A DNA stretch of 64,000 nt. Source: Azolla caroliniana (Eukaryota; Plantae; Polypodiophyta). Every line of letters starts with the position of its first letter. The first letter of the stretch is position 1. Both the position numbers and the translations under genes were made by a program. The notes below the pieces were generated by a model. The model was not told where the DNA came from, ran no database searches, and saw nothing but the letters and a program-made list of their open reading frames with translations. Positions 1 through 12,281 of this stretch are shown in pieces. Location of the stretch: positions 24,366,001-24,430,000 of the forward strand of contig JBHGNT010000002.1 of the NCBI GenBank assembly GCA_043228905.1, written 5' to 3'.

Positions 1-299
1 ATCAGCCTGTTTGGAATGTAAGTGTATATGATCAGTTTAAACTGTTCTTTCATTGTTCTAGGTATGCAAATGCATGCCTTGTAGAGCAGTATAAAATCTC
101 ATCTCTGTTCCCATTTCTCATTTGATGTCCATGGCGGTGACGAATTTATAAACTTTCTGTTTTGTTTCTTTTGGGGAGTTTGATATGCCATAGAAAGAAC
201 AATTTCATTAATTTCGAAAAGTGATCAAAATGGTAGTTTTAGAGCTGTCTGACATCATGTGTAACTTGAGGGTTGCACATTGATAGTGTACTAATGCTG

Positions 300-2100
300 G
301 AGCTTCCCTAAGGATAATCCCAAGATGTCTCTGCATCATGTTAACTAAAATCTGCTTTATCAAAGGATAGAGGAGGGAGATTGGATGGTGGGCTGGATCT
401 GGCTGTAATATCTGCCTCTCAATCTTCAATTAGCGCAGGCCCAAACTCTGTGACTCTCTCTTCAGTCACACCTCAAGCTCACTTCCTATTCCCAATGCCT
501 GCTGTAAAGGGATTTGAGAATACTAGTGAAACTGTAGCTAAGAGGCTTGGAGTGCCGAAGAAGCATGTTACATACCTCTGTGTAGGACCTAAAATCTGCT
601 CTTGTGGTTGTAACTCCCGATGTCTGCAGGAAGCAGTACGAGTAGTCCGAGCTATCTCTGTCTGAGGCGCTCATAAGCTCCATGAAAGTAGACTGGTCAT
701 AGAAGAGGATGGTGTATTTGTACCTGATGCATTGGAAGGCTGAGCATCAACGTGTGTAGTGCTCCTCTGCATCTCTAACTCACCATAGCATAAGAGCTAC
801 ACAGAATCAACTGGCATGTGCTCTGGATGAAGCCTTCTCTCTGTCTCTGCCTGAAGCTGATGTGATGATATAAGAAGCTGACTAATACACACCTCACATT
901 GTGGGAGAGGTCTGTGTCCATGAAACTTGGTTGCATTAGAAATTTGAAAGTTATTAGTTGGCAATGTCAGAGAATGGTCTGCACAGAATGCTATTTTTGT
1001 TCCCTGAGGCTTCACTGGTTGCTGCCAAGTTCTGGCGATAGTCAGGGTAATATTATGCTGCCTAGTAATTTTGTTTTGCTTTCATGCTATACGGAACCAT
1101 GTACCTGCGACTCGTGTGTATTAGACTCTTGGCACTTCTGTGAGGAATCATAGGCAAGTCTGCTACATCTATCTTGCGGTGTGCCATGTCTGATAAATGT
1201 TACAGCTGTCACAAATAAGGCTTTGGTGCTGTTCTCTACTTAGCTTGGAGAAAGCCATGCTGCTTTACTTCTAATCATGTGGGATATCATCATCATCGAA
1301 AAGTTCTCTCCAAGGGATACCTTCCATCATAGTAATCTTCAGCATCATCATCCTGTGCAATTTTGGCACTGCAATCTAGGAGATCCTCTTCATCGTGACC
1401 AATGTTATGTGTTTCTAATGCACCATGATTTTCCTCCAGTCCAACCTTGACACTGTCTTCGCTCATGAATCAATCTATATTTTCATATCTGTGCACCGCA
1501 AAAGTAATGCTGCAACCAATGTATCATACAACCAAAGCCTTTGTCCTAGGTTCTTGGAACTTAATGCGAGCATTTTTTCTGTCCAAAGGTCCTATGAAAG
1601 CATATCTCTTCGTTGATCGATTCTCAGCTTCTCCCCTCATGTTGACCTAGGCCTCACAAAAGTGACCCATATACATATTAGGTCACAATCTCCACCACCT
1701 TACCCATGTATGGAAACTGCAATCCAAATTGGTTGATCCAAGCTGAAGAAGTATTAAAGAAATCGCTTTGATCTTCTGTGGGTATACTAGGAGATCTCAA
1801 TCATGACAAAACTCTTGTAATGCATCAAGATGGTCCTTGAGTTCTGGTGACTCTGATATGAGCACAATGTCTGTTATCTGCATTTAGTAACATTGAGATC
1901 AATGTGTGCCCCCAGTTCCCCTCCTTGTGCAATGTACTGCTGCATCTCCTAAAGATGGAGAGTCTACTTCGGAAATCTGTCTAGCTGCCACCCATCATCC
2001 CATATTGCTCAGACCATCCGTTAAACTAAGCTAGTTGCTGAATTTTACTGTTCTGATCTTCCACATGTTTGGTTCTGTGGTCCAGTAGGCAAGAAAAGAG
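300..2100 (-). mobile_element. Possible highly decayed LINE ORF1 relic in an HCF107 intron
   Basis: Minus-strand fragments near 1500-1700 (ICIWVTF...DLWTEKMLALSSKNLG) weakly resemble plant L1 ORF1. Many stops; boundaries approximate. Confidence 0.25.
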
Positions 2101-2283
2101 CATTCTTAATGTCATCACAGATGGTTCTGTCTTTGTTAGGTGTTCTTGAAAGCTAGTACTAACTTTTTAGGAATTCCTGCAAAAACACGCCTAATCTCCT
2201 TTTATGTGAGGCATTCCAAAGTGCCATGTTCTTGTTATATGATAAACATCGTAGCTGTTGTTCTAATTCATATGGTTATGCAG

Positions 2284-3314
2284 GCTTGGGGTTGGATGGA
2301 ATGGAAAGAGGGAAGTCTTGAGCTTGCTCGGAAATATTACAAGCAATCATTATCTATTAATTCCAGAAGCATGGAGGCTGCACGAACATTCCATGTGTGG
2401 CATCGATCAATCTTTAAAACTTTAGTTTTGCAGCCATGATTTGCATTGTTTATTAAGTTGAAACAGAGAGTGAAATTTTATTCATTCACACTTTACATCT
2501 GTCTGACAAATATTCTTTGCTATCATTAGGCTTGGGCAATTTTGGAGGAAGGAGATGGTAATTCGGCAGCTGCGAGGTTGCTGTTTAAATGTGCTCTGAG
2601 AGTTGATTCACAAAACGTCTTTGCATGGAGGTCTTGGGAAAAGCTAGAACTGAATCTCGGTAACAATGCACGTGCGGAAGAGATAAGGACGCAGTATTTG
2701 CAACAGGTTTCTTGCATCTGGGCTCTTATCATTGGAGAGGCAGTCCATTGTTTTGAGGAAATCATTACATGGAAGGGGAAGAGAAAATTACAACTCATTG
2801 CACGATTGAAATATTACATGCATACTCAAACAAGAAAAAACGAAAAACGAAAGTAGAAATTTCCTGTTTTTCACCAAGAAAAGCATGTACATTTAAGAAC
2901 AGGGGCAGTACATCACATCACATTGTTTTTGCTTGTTTTATGCATCATGTTGATAATATATGATGTTTTATGCAGAGAATTGAAGTGGTGGATGATGTTC
3001 CTTGGGAAGTTAGCTTCTCGAGTGTGTTTGCTCCCGCAGTCAACCGAATCAAACAACTTTTAGGGATTGGAGAGTCCCAACCAATGGAAGACGATGAGAA
3101 AGAAATAGATTTGCCCAAAGAAATTGTGGAGGTTATGAATAGGAGGAAGCTTGACATGAAGAAAGTGGATGATGATGAGCTCGATATTGAAGCTTTTATT
3201 CGAGAGGTTTTACCATGGAAATACAAGAAGGCAGAAGAAGGTTCAAAGTCGTTTACTAAAACAAATACAAAAGAGAGATCAAGACCTTTGATTGTGGCTA
3301 ATGTGACAAACTGA
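2284..3314 (+). CDS. HCF107: HCF107-like HAT/TPR chloroplast RNA-binding protein, last three exons (5' part lies outside the window)
   Basis: Exons 2284-2394, 2530-2706 and 2976-3314 have AG/GT borders and join in frame. Translation AWGWMEWKEG...AWAILEEGDGN...RAEEIRTQYLQQRIEVVDDVPW matches the HCF107 C-terminal HAT repeats as I recall them. Confidence 0.88.
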
Positions 3315-4240
3315 GAAGGAACTTGCAAAAGAAAAGCCTCTAGAAGAGGAAGAAGATTATTTGTGAAATATGAGAAAGCTTTTGGTGTTAATCTTGGATA
3401 ATGCCGGATGCAAAAGCAAAGAGGAATCAGCCCTGAACACTACTGAGAATGTACATTAAAATCCATTACTGTAAAGATTCTTCCAATTGAAGAAATAGAA
3501 ATGCCATGAGTTGGCCCCTGTATTGTTGCATCATCAAATTCAAATAATGCTTCGTCTTAACTTTGTTGTCAATGAATTCTCTAATATAGATATTATCTCC
3601 CATTCACAAGCATTCTCATTTGATTCAGTTCAAGGTTCACCATGCCTTGAACCTTATCTATATTTTGTGACTCAGCTATAAATATAATCGGATCTTGGCT
3701 CAATGTAATGAACATATTTATTAATGAACATGACTATGGATATTAGTTAAGGTTAACCATAAATTGAGCTTGGCAAGGTGCCCTTTTCTCAAGATCAGGT
3801 CACATTGTTTGAGCAATAATGAACATGACTTATTGAAGTCAACTCCAAAAGATTTGGTCATCTTGACCAAATGATCTTGGGTCCAAGGTCACCTTTATTG
3901 ATGAGTATGGAGGGCGCCACAATACTAATGTCAACCATGCATTAGACTTGCTAGGCGACTTGACTTCCTCAATTCAATGTAAATCTATGTTAGACTATGC
4001 TCTAGATTTGACCAAGAGCATATCAATTTGGACTTTCACGATCCAATGTACAAGCTTTGTTTGATCAAATTCATGGTCCTGGATGCCCTCAGTTTGAACA
4101 AGTTTTACATCAAATGCTAGATTATTCATGCAATCCAAAGCTTATGTTAGTTGATTGGCATGGTTTCATAATCAAAGTCAATGCCAACCATGCTATTAAC
4201 TTGACCATGCACTACATCAAACTTGGAAGAATTTATTCTA

Positions 4241-4314
4241 TGGGCTGAGATAGGTGTAGAACTCACAACCCCATGGTGCAAAGAACAATCCCTTAACCAA
4301 GTAGGCTAAACACC
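4241..4314 (-). other. tRNA-derived (SINE-head-like) A/B-box sequence
   Basis: Minus strand GGTGTT-TAGCCTACTTGG-TTAAGG...GTGAGTTCTACACC gives an A box and a degenerate B box at tRNA-like spacing. No intact cloverleaf. Confidence 0.5.
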
Positions 4315-5202
4315 AATGAAGACCTAATTTGTTGAGGCACATTTCGGGCACAAATACAATATCAAATGTTCAAATACGGCGTCAATGTCCATTATGTACC
4401 TTTGAATGTCCACCATGCATCCAAAGGGAAACATAGTTAGACATTGTTCATCAACACAAGGGCTCGGAGTCCTATTATACTATGAAAGGTTCATTCCCAT
4501 GTTGGAGGTCAATACTACAAAATGTCACCTATGATGTCTAGACAAAAGATAACTCATTTTACAATAGGTTAGACATTGGGAGACCATTTATAAGTATTCT
4601 TAAGTTAGGTTGGATAAGCAAATGAGTTTAGACGTCATTTTGCATTAGGTAAGATAGAATGTAGAAATGGGAGATGGATGCCAAATTCAAAAGAGGGCCG
4701 CCGCAACTAGGCCATTGGGATGTCTAGACTATAGGGACGACATAACACACCAAAGTTTGTTGGAGCCATTACATTTCACACCTGATCGGACACCGCACGA
4801 GGAGATGTGGGTCGAGGGACAAATAGCACACATACACTCTAATCTAGCTAAGTTTTTAGGTTTTGATGATGAGAATCTAAATATATATGATTGAGGGGTT
4901 TAGAATAGAATTGAGTCAAAAGAGTTAAAAATAGAGTGAAGAAAAGGAGAAGATTTATTTATTTTTCCTTCTCTTTTTTCTATTAAAACAAGGAAAAAGG
5001 TGAAGAAATGCCGCATTCTCAGCTACAATAAAATAGGTGGGTCCCTTAATTTAGCCATTCTTCTCTAATTCTTCAAAAAACAAAGACAATCTGTATCTGT
5101 CTTCAAAATCCAATAGTACTACTCTCGGGTTTCCTTTTGCCTTCTCCTTCTTCTCAATACTCTGTTTTGTTTTTGCCTATTTCAAGCCACTGTTTCTCTC
5201 AA

Positions 5203-6397
5203 ATGTATCTCTGGTTCTCTCTCTCATGCATCAATAATGGTATGAATCCTGCACCTAATATACTCACAAAATCATCAACCACCCACTTCTCAAACTATGT
5301 AATTGTGTGGATTATAATCCTGTTTGAAATCTCCCATCTGCCATCATCCATTGGTAATCGATCTCTCTCTATCTCTCTGTGTGTCTTGTCATTGAATCAT
5401 GTTTTGGTTTAGAATGATATCTAATTCATGAGCTTATTATGATTAGACATATGTGTGCATAGGTATAAGAGTGATAGTGAATGAATCCTATAGCACGGAG
5501 TTGTTGCTACAAGAACCTCTTCATCATAACCAAAGATCATCAAGGCCCAAGCTATATGTAAGAAGGAATCCAAACTTTCATTTTATTGTGGATACAATCA
5601 TCTCACTGCATACAGCATTTGTGGGTTTGCAAAATATAATATATAGATAGATAGATAGATATGTCTGCAAAAGGAAATTTGTGCTCTTGTATGTTGTTTT
5701 GTCTTGTTATGGTTGGTTGTGACTAACTTATGATGGTTTATGTTATTGAGCAAGTGTGAAACCCTTATTGATTATCATTATTGATGAAGATTCTACATGT
5801 ATGTGTCAAACCATCATGATATTTGTTTCTTTTTTATGTCTTAAGTAGGATAGTTTTTGTGGACCGAATCTATTTGTATGGTCTACTCTCACAAATTAAT
5901 ACAACAATGTCAAACTCAAGATTAGAGTTTCTTATTCTACATGAACTAGAAAAATGCAAGTTAACTTAGTGGTAGAGTGTCATTAAATCTCTTGCCAAGT
6001 GAATTGGTGTAGGTAATGTAAAGAACACTAAAGGGCTTATATTATCTTATGCATTCGGATGGTTCAACAAGATTATCTTTAATGTGAGTGTCTCATTTCC
6101 ATAGTCACTTGCACCCAAGGTTCAAACTTCATATTATGATGTTATATGCTAATGCATATGAAAGTGCTATCTAAACATTTACTTTGGTTCTTACAGATGA
6201 GCAATATAATGCCCAATCACGTGTTGGGGACAAGAAGGGTGCTTGGTTCATCACCGCCAAAGTGTGCTAAACAATGTGGTCTTTGCAAGCCATGTCGGAT
6301 TGTATTGATCCCAATTCACACCATACCATTAGGTGTGTCACAGTACTACCCATTGGTTTGGAGATGTGAATGTCGTGGAAAACACTTCATTCCCTAG
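5203..6397 (+). CDS. EPFL: EPFL (EPFL4/5/6-like) cysteine-rich secreted signalling peptide
   Basis: Exon 6197-6397 encodes GSSPPKCAKQCGLCKPC...YYPLVWRCECRGKHFIP, the 6-Cys EPF pattern. It splices in frame to exon 5463-5557 and to an exon ending at 5239. The start codon (5203) is uncertain. Confidence 0.85.
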
Positions 6398-6992
6398 TAT
6401 ATTTTGGTTGAAGAAAGACACCACAAGCTCATGCTAGGTGCTTGGCTACCGTTGGAGTGCTATCCCAATTGTACATTGTCAAAAACATTGTGATATCCTT
6501 TTGAAGGCCATAATATTGGCATCACATGAAAATAGGTTTTGATTCATATGGTGCTCATACTAAAAACTGAGGTGCACGGATATTGATTACTTCATTTTGT
6601 AAGCTTGTGTTGAAACTATTTAGTGGATATTGAAGCATGACACATTAATGTGTGGATATCTAATACTTAATTTTGTAATGTTATATCGAAACTATTAAGG
6701 GAATCATCACAAATACCTCATGCATCTCGCTTATAATTTGTGGTAAAATGAGATGTAGTAATAACACATGGTTAAGTTAAACTAATGACCTTGCCTTGGG
6801 CAAACGAGATTGATCAAGTAGCCTAATTGGCCTAAATCTCTTTCTAGATGATCCCTCCCTTAGACTTGTCTCACCTAATCTCTAATTAATTGACTTGCCT
6901 AATGTTGTGAGAGAGGAGAAAGGAAATGGAAATGTGAATATAGTTTGTTTTCATAACTAGTTTGAAATCAAAAACTCATGAATTGTCGTTTA

Positions 6993-7090
6993 ATTTTCAA
7001 TTGATAACTTTATACACTAGTTACTATGTTAAATAGTCTCTATTTTCAATTGATAACTTTATACACTAGTTACTATGCTAAATAGTCTCT
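6993..7090. repeat. 49-bp tandem duplication
   Basis: ATTTTCAATTGATAACTTTATACACTAGTTACTATGYTAAATAGTCTCT occurs twice in tandem. Confidence 0.9.
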
Positions 7091-8148
7091 TTTTCCTGTA
7101 GCAACAAACTGAAAATTTGTCGTTCATGTGTTTATATAAAGTAGGGAATATTCTTTTCCTACCTTGCCAATGAGGAATTAATAAACCTTTTGGTTGGATT
7201 TTCTTGCATGGTTTAGCACCCACTTTCAAACAACTAACACCTCGTCAAATTGAAAGGGTTGCAAGGTTTGCTGGTAGAAAGAGCAAAGATTTGATATAAG
7301 AAGCATTTATGTGAACTAAAACATGTGGATTGAATGGCATGAACAACTTTCGTGACATGTATAAGAATTTCATGAGAAATGGAAAACATGAGAAGTGTTG
7401 CTCCTTTAAAGGCGATGATGATGATTATTCATCTGTGGTAGGCCAATAACGTGACCAATGCATTGCATTATTATAGCCATATTTGTGTATGCAAAGGTTA
7501 AAACATTTGTGGCACACACATTCCTCCTAACATTTGTTTTACTTAGGAATGATCCTATGTTGAAGGGTTTGGGTCATTGAAAAGAACCTTACTTGTCAAT
7601 AAATAACTAGATTCCATTCCATGAATAAAATAAATTGAAACCATAAATTGTTGAAGTGTGTTACAATACAATACTGAGTAGACATATCAACATCTGCTTT
7701 GCTAAAGAGGTGGAATTTAAGCTATAGTAGAGTTTGTTAAATTAGTGACAAATTAGGGCAAGTATACGTTAGGAAAATCCGAATTTTTTTTTTGAGAATG
7801 TTGCCCCTTTATGTAGTTTCCTTGAGCAAGCAAAGAAAAGCATATATTTGAATGATGGTATATGTCATCTTCATGCACCAATTGTTAATACCCGTAAATA
7901 AAGAAAAGTATATACTTGAGGAATCACCATTATCTTTAACTTAGTACCAAAATAGATTGATCAGAATCTAAACTAAAATAGCAGACTAAATTTGATGAAA
8001 GATGCTATAGTATGCTAGCTTTGGGGAGTTAGAAAATTATTCAAGAATTTGGATTCCATACTTGGATATTGATTAAAGATTTTGAAAGAGAAACTATGTA
8101 AGGGAATATCATAAAATTTGGAAGATAAGTGCGCACAAAACAAAAACC

Positions 8149-9761
8149 ATGGGGTTGGTGCAATCTAATACAGTGACTGCTGGCAGAGAAGATGGATGGC
8201 AAGCAATGCAACAATTACCACCTCAACAAGATGTATTATCGGTTAGGACAAAAACAATGCCACCTTCAACAAGGAATTTGCAACCATGGGACCATGGTAA
8301 TGCTGGGGCCATTATTCCATCCAGCTCTAGTAACCCACAACAAATGCTAGGGTCTTCTTACAACGATCCATCGATAGAAGTGTGGACAAACATCTATTTG
8401 GTGTGTTGTGCACATAGTAGTAGTAACAACATGCCAGAGCTCATTGGAGGTCGAATGCCATCTGAGTTGTTGACCTTTGAAGGGAAGCGCCAGGCCAAAG
8501 CAGTGGGCCACTATTTCCTTTATCGTGGTCTCCAATTTGATGCAATCTTCACCTCTCCTTTAGAACGATCCAAACAAACTGCATTTCATGTTTGCCAGGT
8601 ATACATACACATGTTATTCTTCTATTTTCCTCTTGCATTCAACCGCTTCAAGGCATGACATGCACACGCACGTGCACTCACACAATCACTTCTTGGTTGC
8701 ATGCATTTGTTTGAATGTCTAGCCGTGGAAACGTTTGTGGCACATTTATGTGTTCGCGCGCGCACACACTTACCATAATATCAACTTAGGAATATATATG
8801 CATTATTACACAAGTTGCAATCATGGGTCACAAACACATACAGGGTGGTCATACACAAACATTTGCAGCATCCAAATCATACAATCAATATAGATTTTGT
8901 TTATTCATATATGTTTTCTTACTCTAGAATCGATACATTTTCACCCCATTTTTCAAATCCGTTTGCTAGTCAATTTTGATGAAGAATTTTATTAATAGGA
9001 AATGTTACGAGGAAGAGTTACATAACTTGTTTCCTAAATGCTTTCTTAAATATGTTGTTGCATTGAAAACATTACATCATTCTTATTCGACATGGAATAA
9101 GTATTAGGAACTTAACATTGGACAAGAAAAGATTGAGTTTGGGGAAGCTCTAATGGAAATAAGCCAAGGATTATGGGAAAGGTTACACAAACATGAAGTA
9201 TACACAAGAGAGCATCTTGCCATGGTTTATAACTTGCATCAAGATTTTCATGCTCCCGGAGGTGAATCCCAACGTCAAGTTGAATTCCGAATGATGGACT
9301 TTATAAACAATGTGATCCTTAATAAATCTATACAAGCTGCTAACCTCCATATAGATTCACGAACATACCGTTACACTAAACAAATCCCCTCAACACCAAC
9401 ATTGCAAGTTCATCCTCTAGAGGACAATGTTAATAGTTGCCCTAACATGCTTGTTAGTAAAAGCAATAATGAGGCTATCAAACCAATTGAAAATAGACGA
9501 ATTCATGCGACATCACCATCTACAAACATTGTAGATGATGGAAGCATTGATAAAGTGTTTTCTCAACAAATGTCACCTTATAATGTGCTTATTATCTCTC
9601 ATGAGGTGGCTATAAAATGTCTTTTAAAGGGAATTTTAGGATCAAGTGCTCACATGACTAACCACATCTGTATTGACAATGCTTCTATTACCATGTTAAG
9701 CCATTCAACGCATGTTGGTTGGAGAGTCATGCATGTTAATAATATTTCACATCTTGTATGA
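8149..9761 (+). CDS. Histidine phosphatase / phosphoglycerate mutase family protein
   Basis: Exons 8149-8598 and 9108-9761 (GT-AG, phase 0). Motifs LTFEGKRQA, FTSPLERSKQTA, EISQGLWE, APGGES, IISH and IDNASIT. Confidence 0.88.
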
Positions 9762-12281
9762 AATTTGGGAATGGATAATATGTTTGGTCAAATGTAGCTA
9801 TGATGCCATATTTTCACCATCTTAAATCTTGGCATGTGTGACTATGGTAACATTTATATATCCTGTGTAAATTTTCTTATACCTTTGAAATTTGAATTCT
9901 CAAAATTTTCGCACCTTGTTGAAAACCTTTATGCACATTTTGAATGTTTTGAAGGTCATCAATCTAATGTGACCAATTATAATCACAAATCAGCTGAAAT
10001 AGTATGCCTTGAAAGAAACTTCTCAAAAGCTCACTAGATTGGAGTGTGTGGTTCATACTTTGAGCTTTTCTAGATTAAACTAAAGACGCCATAGGCCTTT
10101 CCGTGTATGAACCGCACAAATTTCTCTATTTTAACATTTCACCAAATTTATGTTCCAGAATTCAAAGGACTATTGTACTTAACCTCTTAAAACCCAAGAG
10201 GATATAAAATAAGAAAGGTGGGAACAATGAAACTTTGCAATAAAATATGCATTCCGTTGAAGGTGAAAAATCTCTTACAACAAAAGGGGATATGTGAGAA
10301 TAACGATCGACAAATGCAATCATATTTGACATCATTTATTTGTGTTTCAAACCCAATAATCCTATGCTTGACCGCCTTTAGTCGTGAAAACTTTATGGGA
10401 TAAAAACTACAAAAATAGTCCTTGACAAACTCGCAAGTTGTAGTTGCGTAAAAGTGCATAAGGTTAATGTCTCGCTTGGGAATCTTAATCATGGGACAAA
10501 CTAATGCAAAGTTTACCCTACTTCTATTTTTGAGATGTATAGAGATATGAATGCCAAGGTATGCAATTTATATGACTACCAACTTATGGGACAAACTTGG
10601 ATCAATACCAACAAAAAGGTGGTGTGGTTAGGGTTAATCTCGTGTGCCAATAAAATAAGCTTCATCCAAACTTTGAATGTCATATAGACTCCACAAGATT
10701 TAGACTAATCTCATCCAATACACCTCTTATACAATTAAGAAGATGTTGAAGAGAAAATGCACACATCACATAGTAACCAGTTTGTGTTGGGCTATAGGAA
10801 TTTGTAAACTATTCTTCAATAGTTACAATACTCTCTTCCCACTCGTAACGTTTAAAAGATGTTGAGCTGAAAATGTACTAACTAGATGAATGTCAATTCT
10901 CTCGTCCAATCATGGCTTTTCATATGAATTATTCAATGTGACATGAATCCATGTTATGAAAAATGGAAATAGATTATAGGAAGTCATTTGGGCCAATATG
11001 CTCAAAGTAATAGGTATAACGTTTTCGCGAGATTTGTCAAGACGACTCATGAAGTTTTTGCTAACAAGCTAGAAATGAGGCATTCTTGCAAAGAGGCCAA
11101 GAAAGGTCAACATATGAAAATGTCTTTTCAAAAAAATTGTCTTACAATCACCTTTTAGGCAAAAACAACTCATTAAAAAGCCAAGAAAGACAGAACACCT
11201 CACTCAACCAAGCTTGCAATGTTAGACTGGATCTATAGACGACACTCTAAGGAAGTTTCTTTTGGGTAGGGATATCCTAGTTTCAAAGGGCAAAGTTTAG
11301 GAAACAAACACATAAACACATAGATTTTAGGCCAAAACAAAGGAAATGAGTTTTAGAGAAAATTAATGAAAGGGGTGTTTTGATGAGGAACCAAACCATC
11401 CCTAAATTTCAAACGGGAACGAGGGTCACGAATGAACTACGTATACAAAATTAGATACAAATCCCCGATGGAGAAATCTTCATACGGAGGGGTTGCAACT
11501 CTTTTGGATTGCTATATTTTCTTAGGATGTCATTGACAATGGCATCATTGGAGTGGGGACCTTGTCGTCGAGGACATATGTACATAATAAGGTGGTGTGC
11601 CCAAAATAAGAAGAAGAACCAAACTCGACAAAACCCTTCTATTCCCTACCCTCCTCTAGACACCATGGCCTTTTGTGTTTGAGTGTGGGATGATGTCCAA
11701 AGAGCTAAAGTGTTGGTCCACATTTGGTCAAGTGGGATTTGTTGTTCCAATTCGAGAAAACCCAGATTTCGATGATAGGTAGCTCGGAAAGTGATAAGAC
11801 GGTGGCACGTTTTTCTCGGCCGATGATGATGATGATGATGATGAACGATGGCCAGCAATCACGTGGGCGTCCAAAAGGCAAGAAGAGAGGATGGCAAAAC
11901 TAACAAAACGAGGAGGTCACAAGAGACAGAGAGACTATAGGTAGGTAGGTAGGCAGGCAGGTGTGTGTGTGTGTGTACGCGAAGAAGGAAAGGTCAAGAA
12001 TTGGGATGGGCGGGGTGGGGAGATAAAACTGAATGGATTGGATGGAAGAAATGGGCGAGCGACGGTTGGGCTGATGGTCAGGATATGGAAGGTAAGGCGG
12101 CGCGGCCGCCCAAAGCCCCACAGCCCTCCAATTGGGAGGAGGAGGAGGAGGCGGAGGCGGAGGATCTTCCCCCCCTCCCCCTCTCCTCTTCCTCCTCCGC
12201 CACAGGCCCTGGACAAAGTAACAAACACACACTCACTGCCCATAGCCATTGCTGGGCCGGCCACTAGCTATAGCTACTAGT

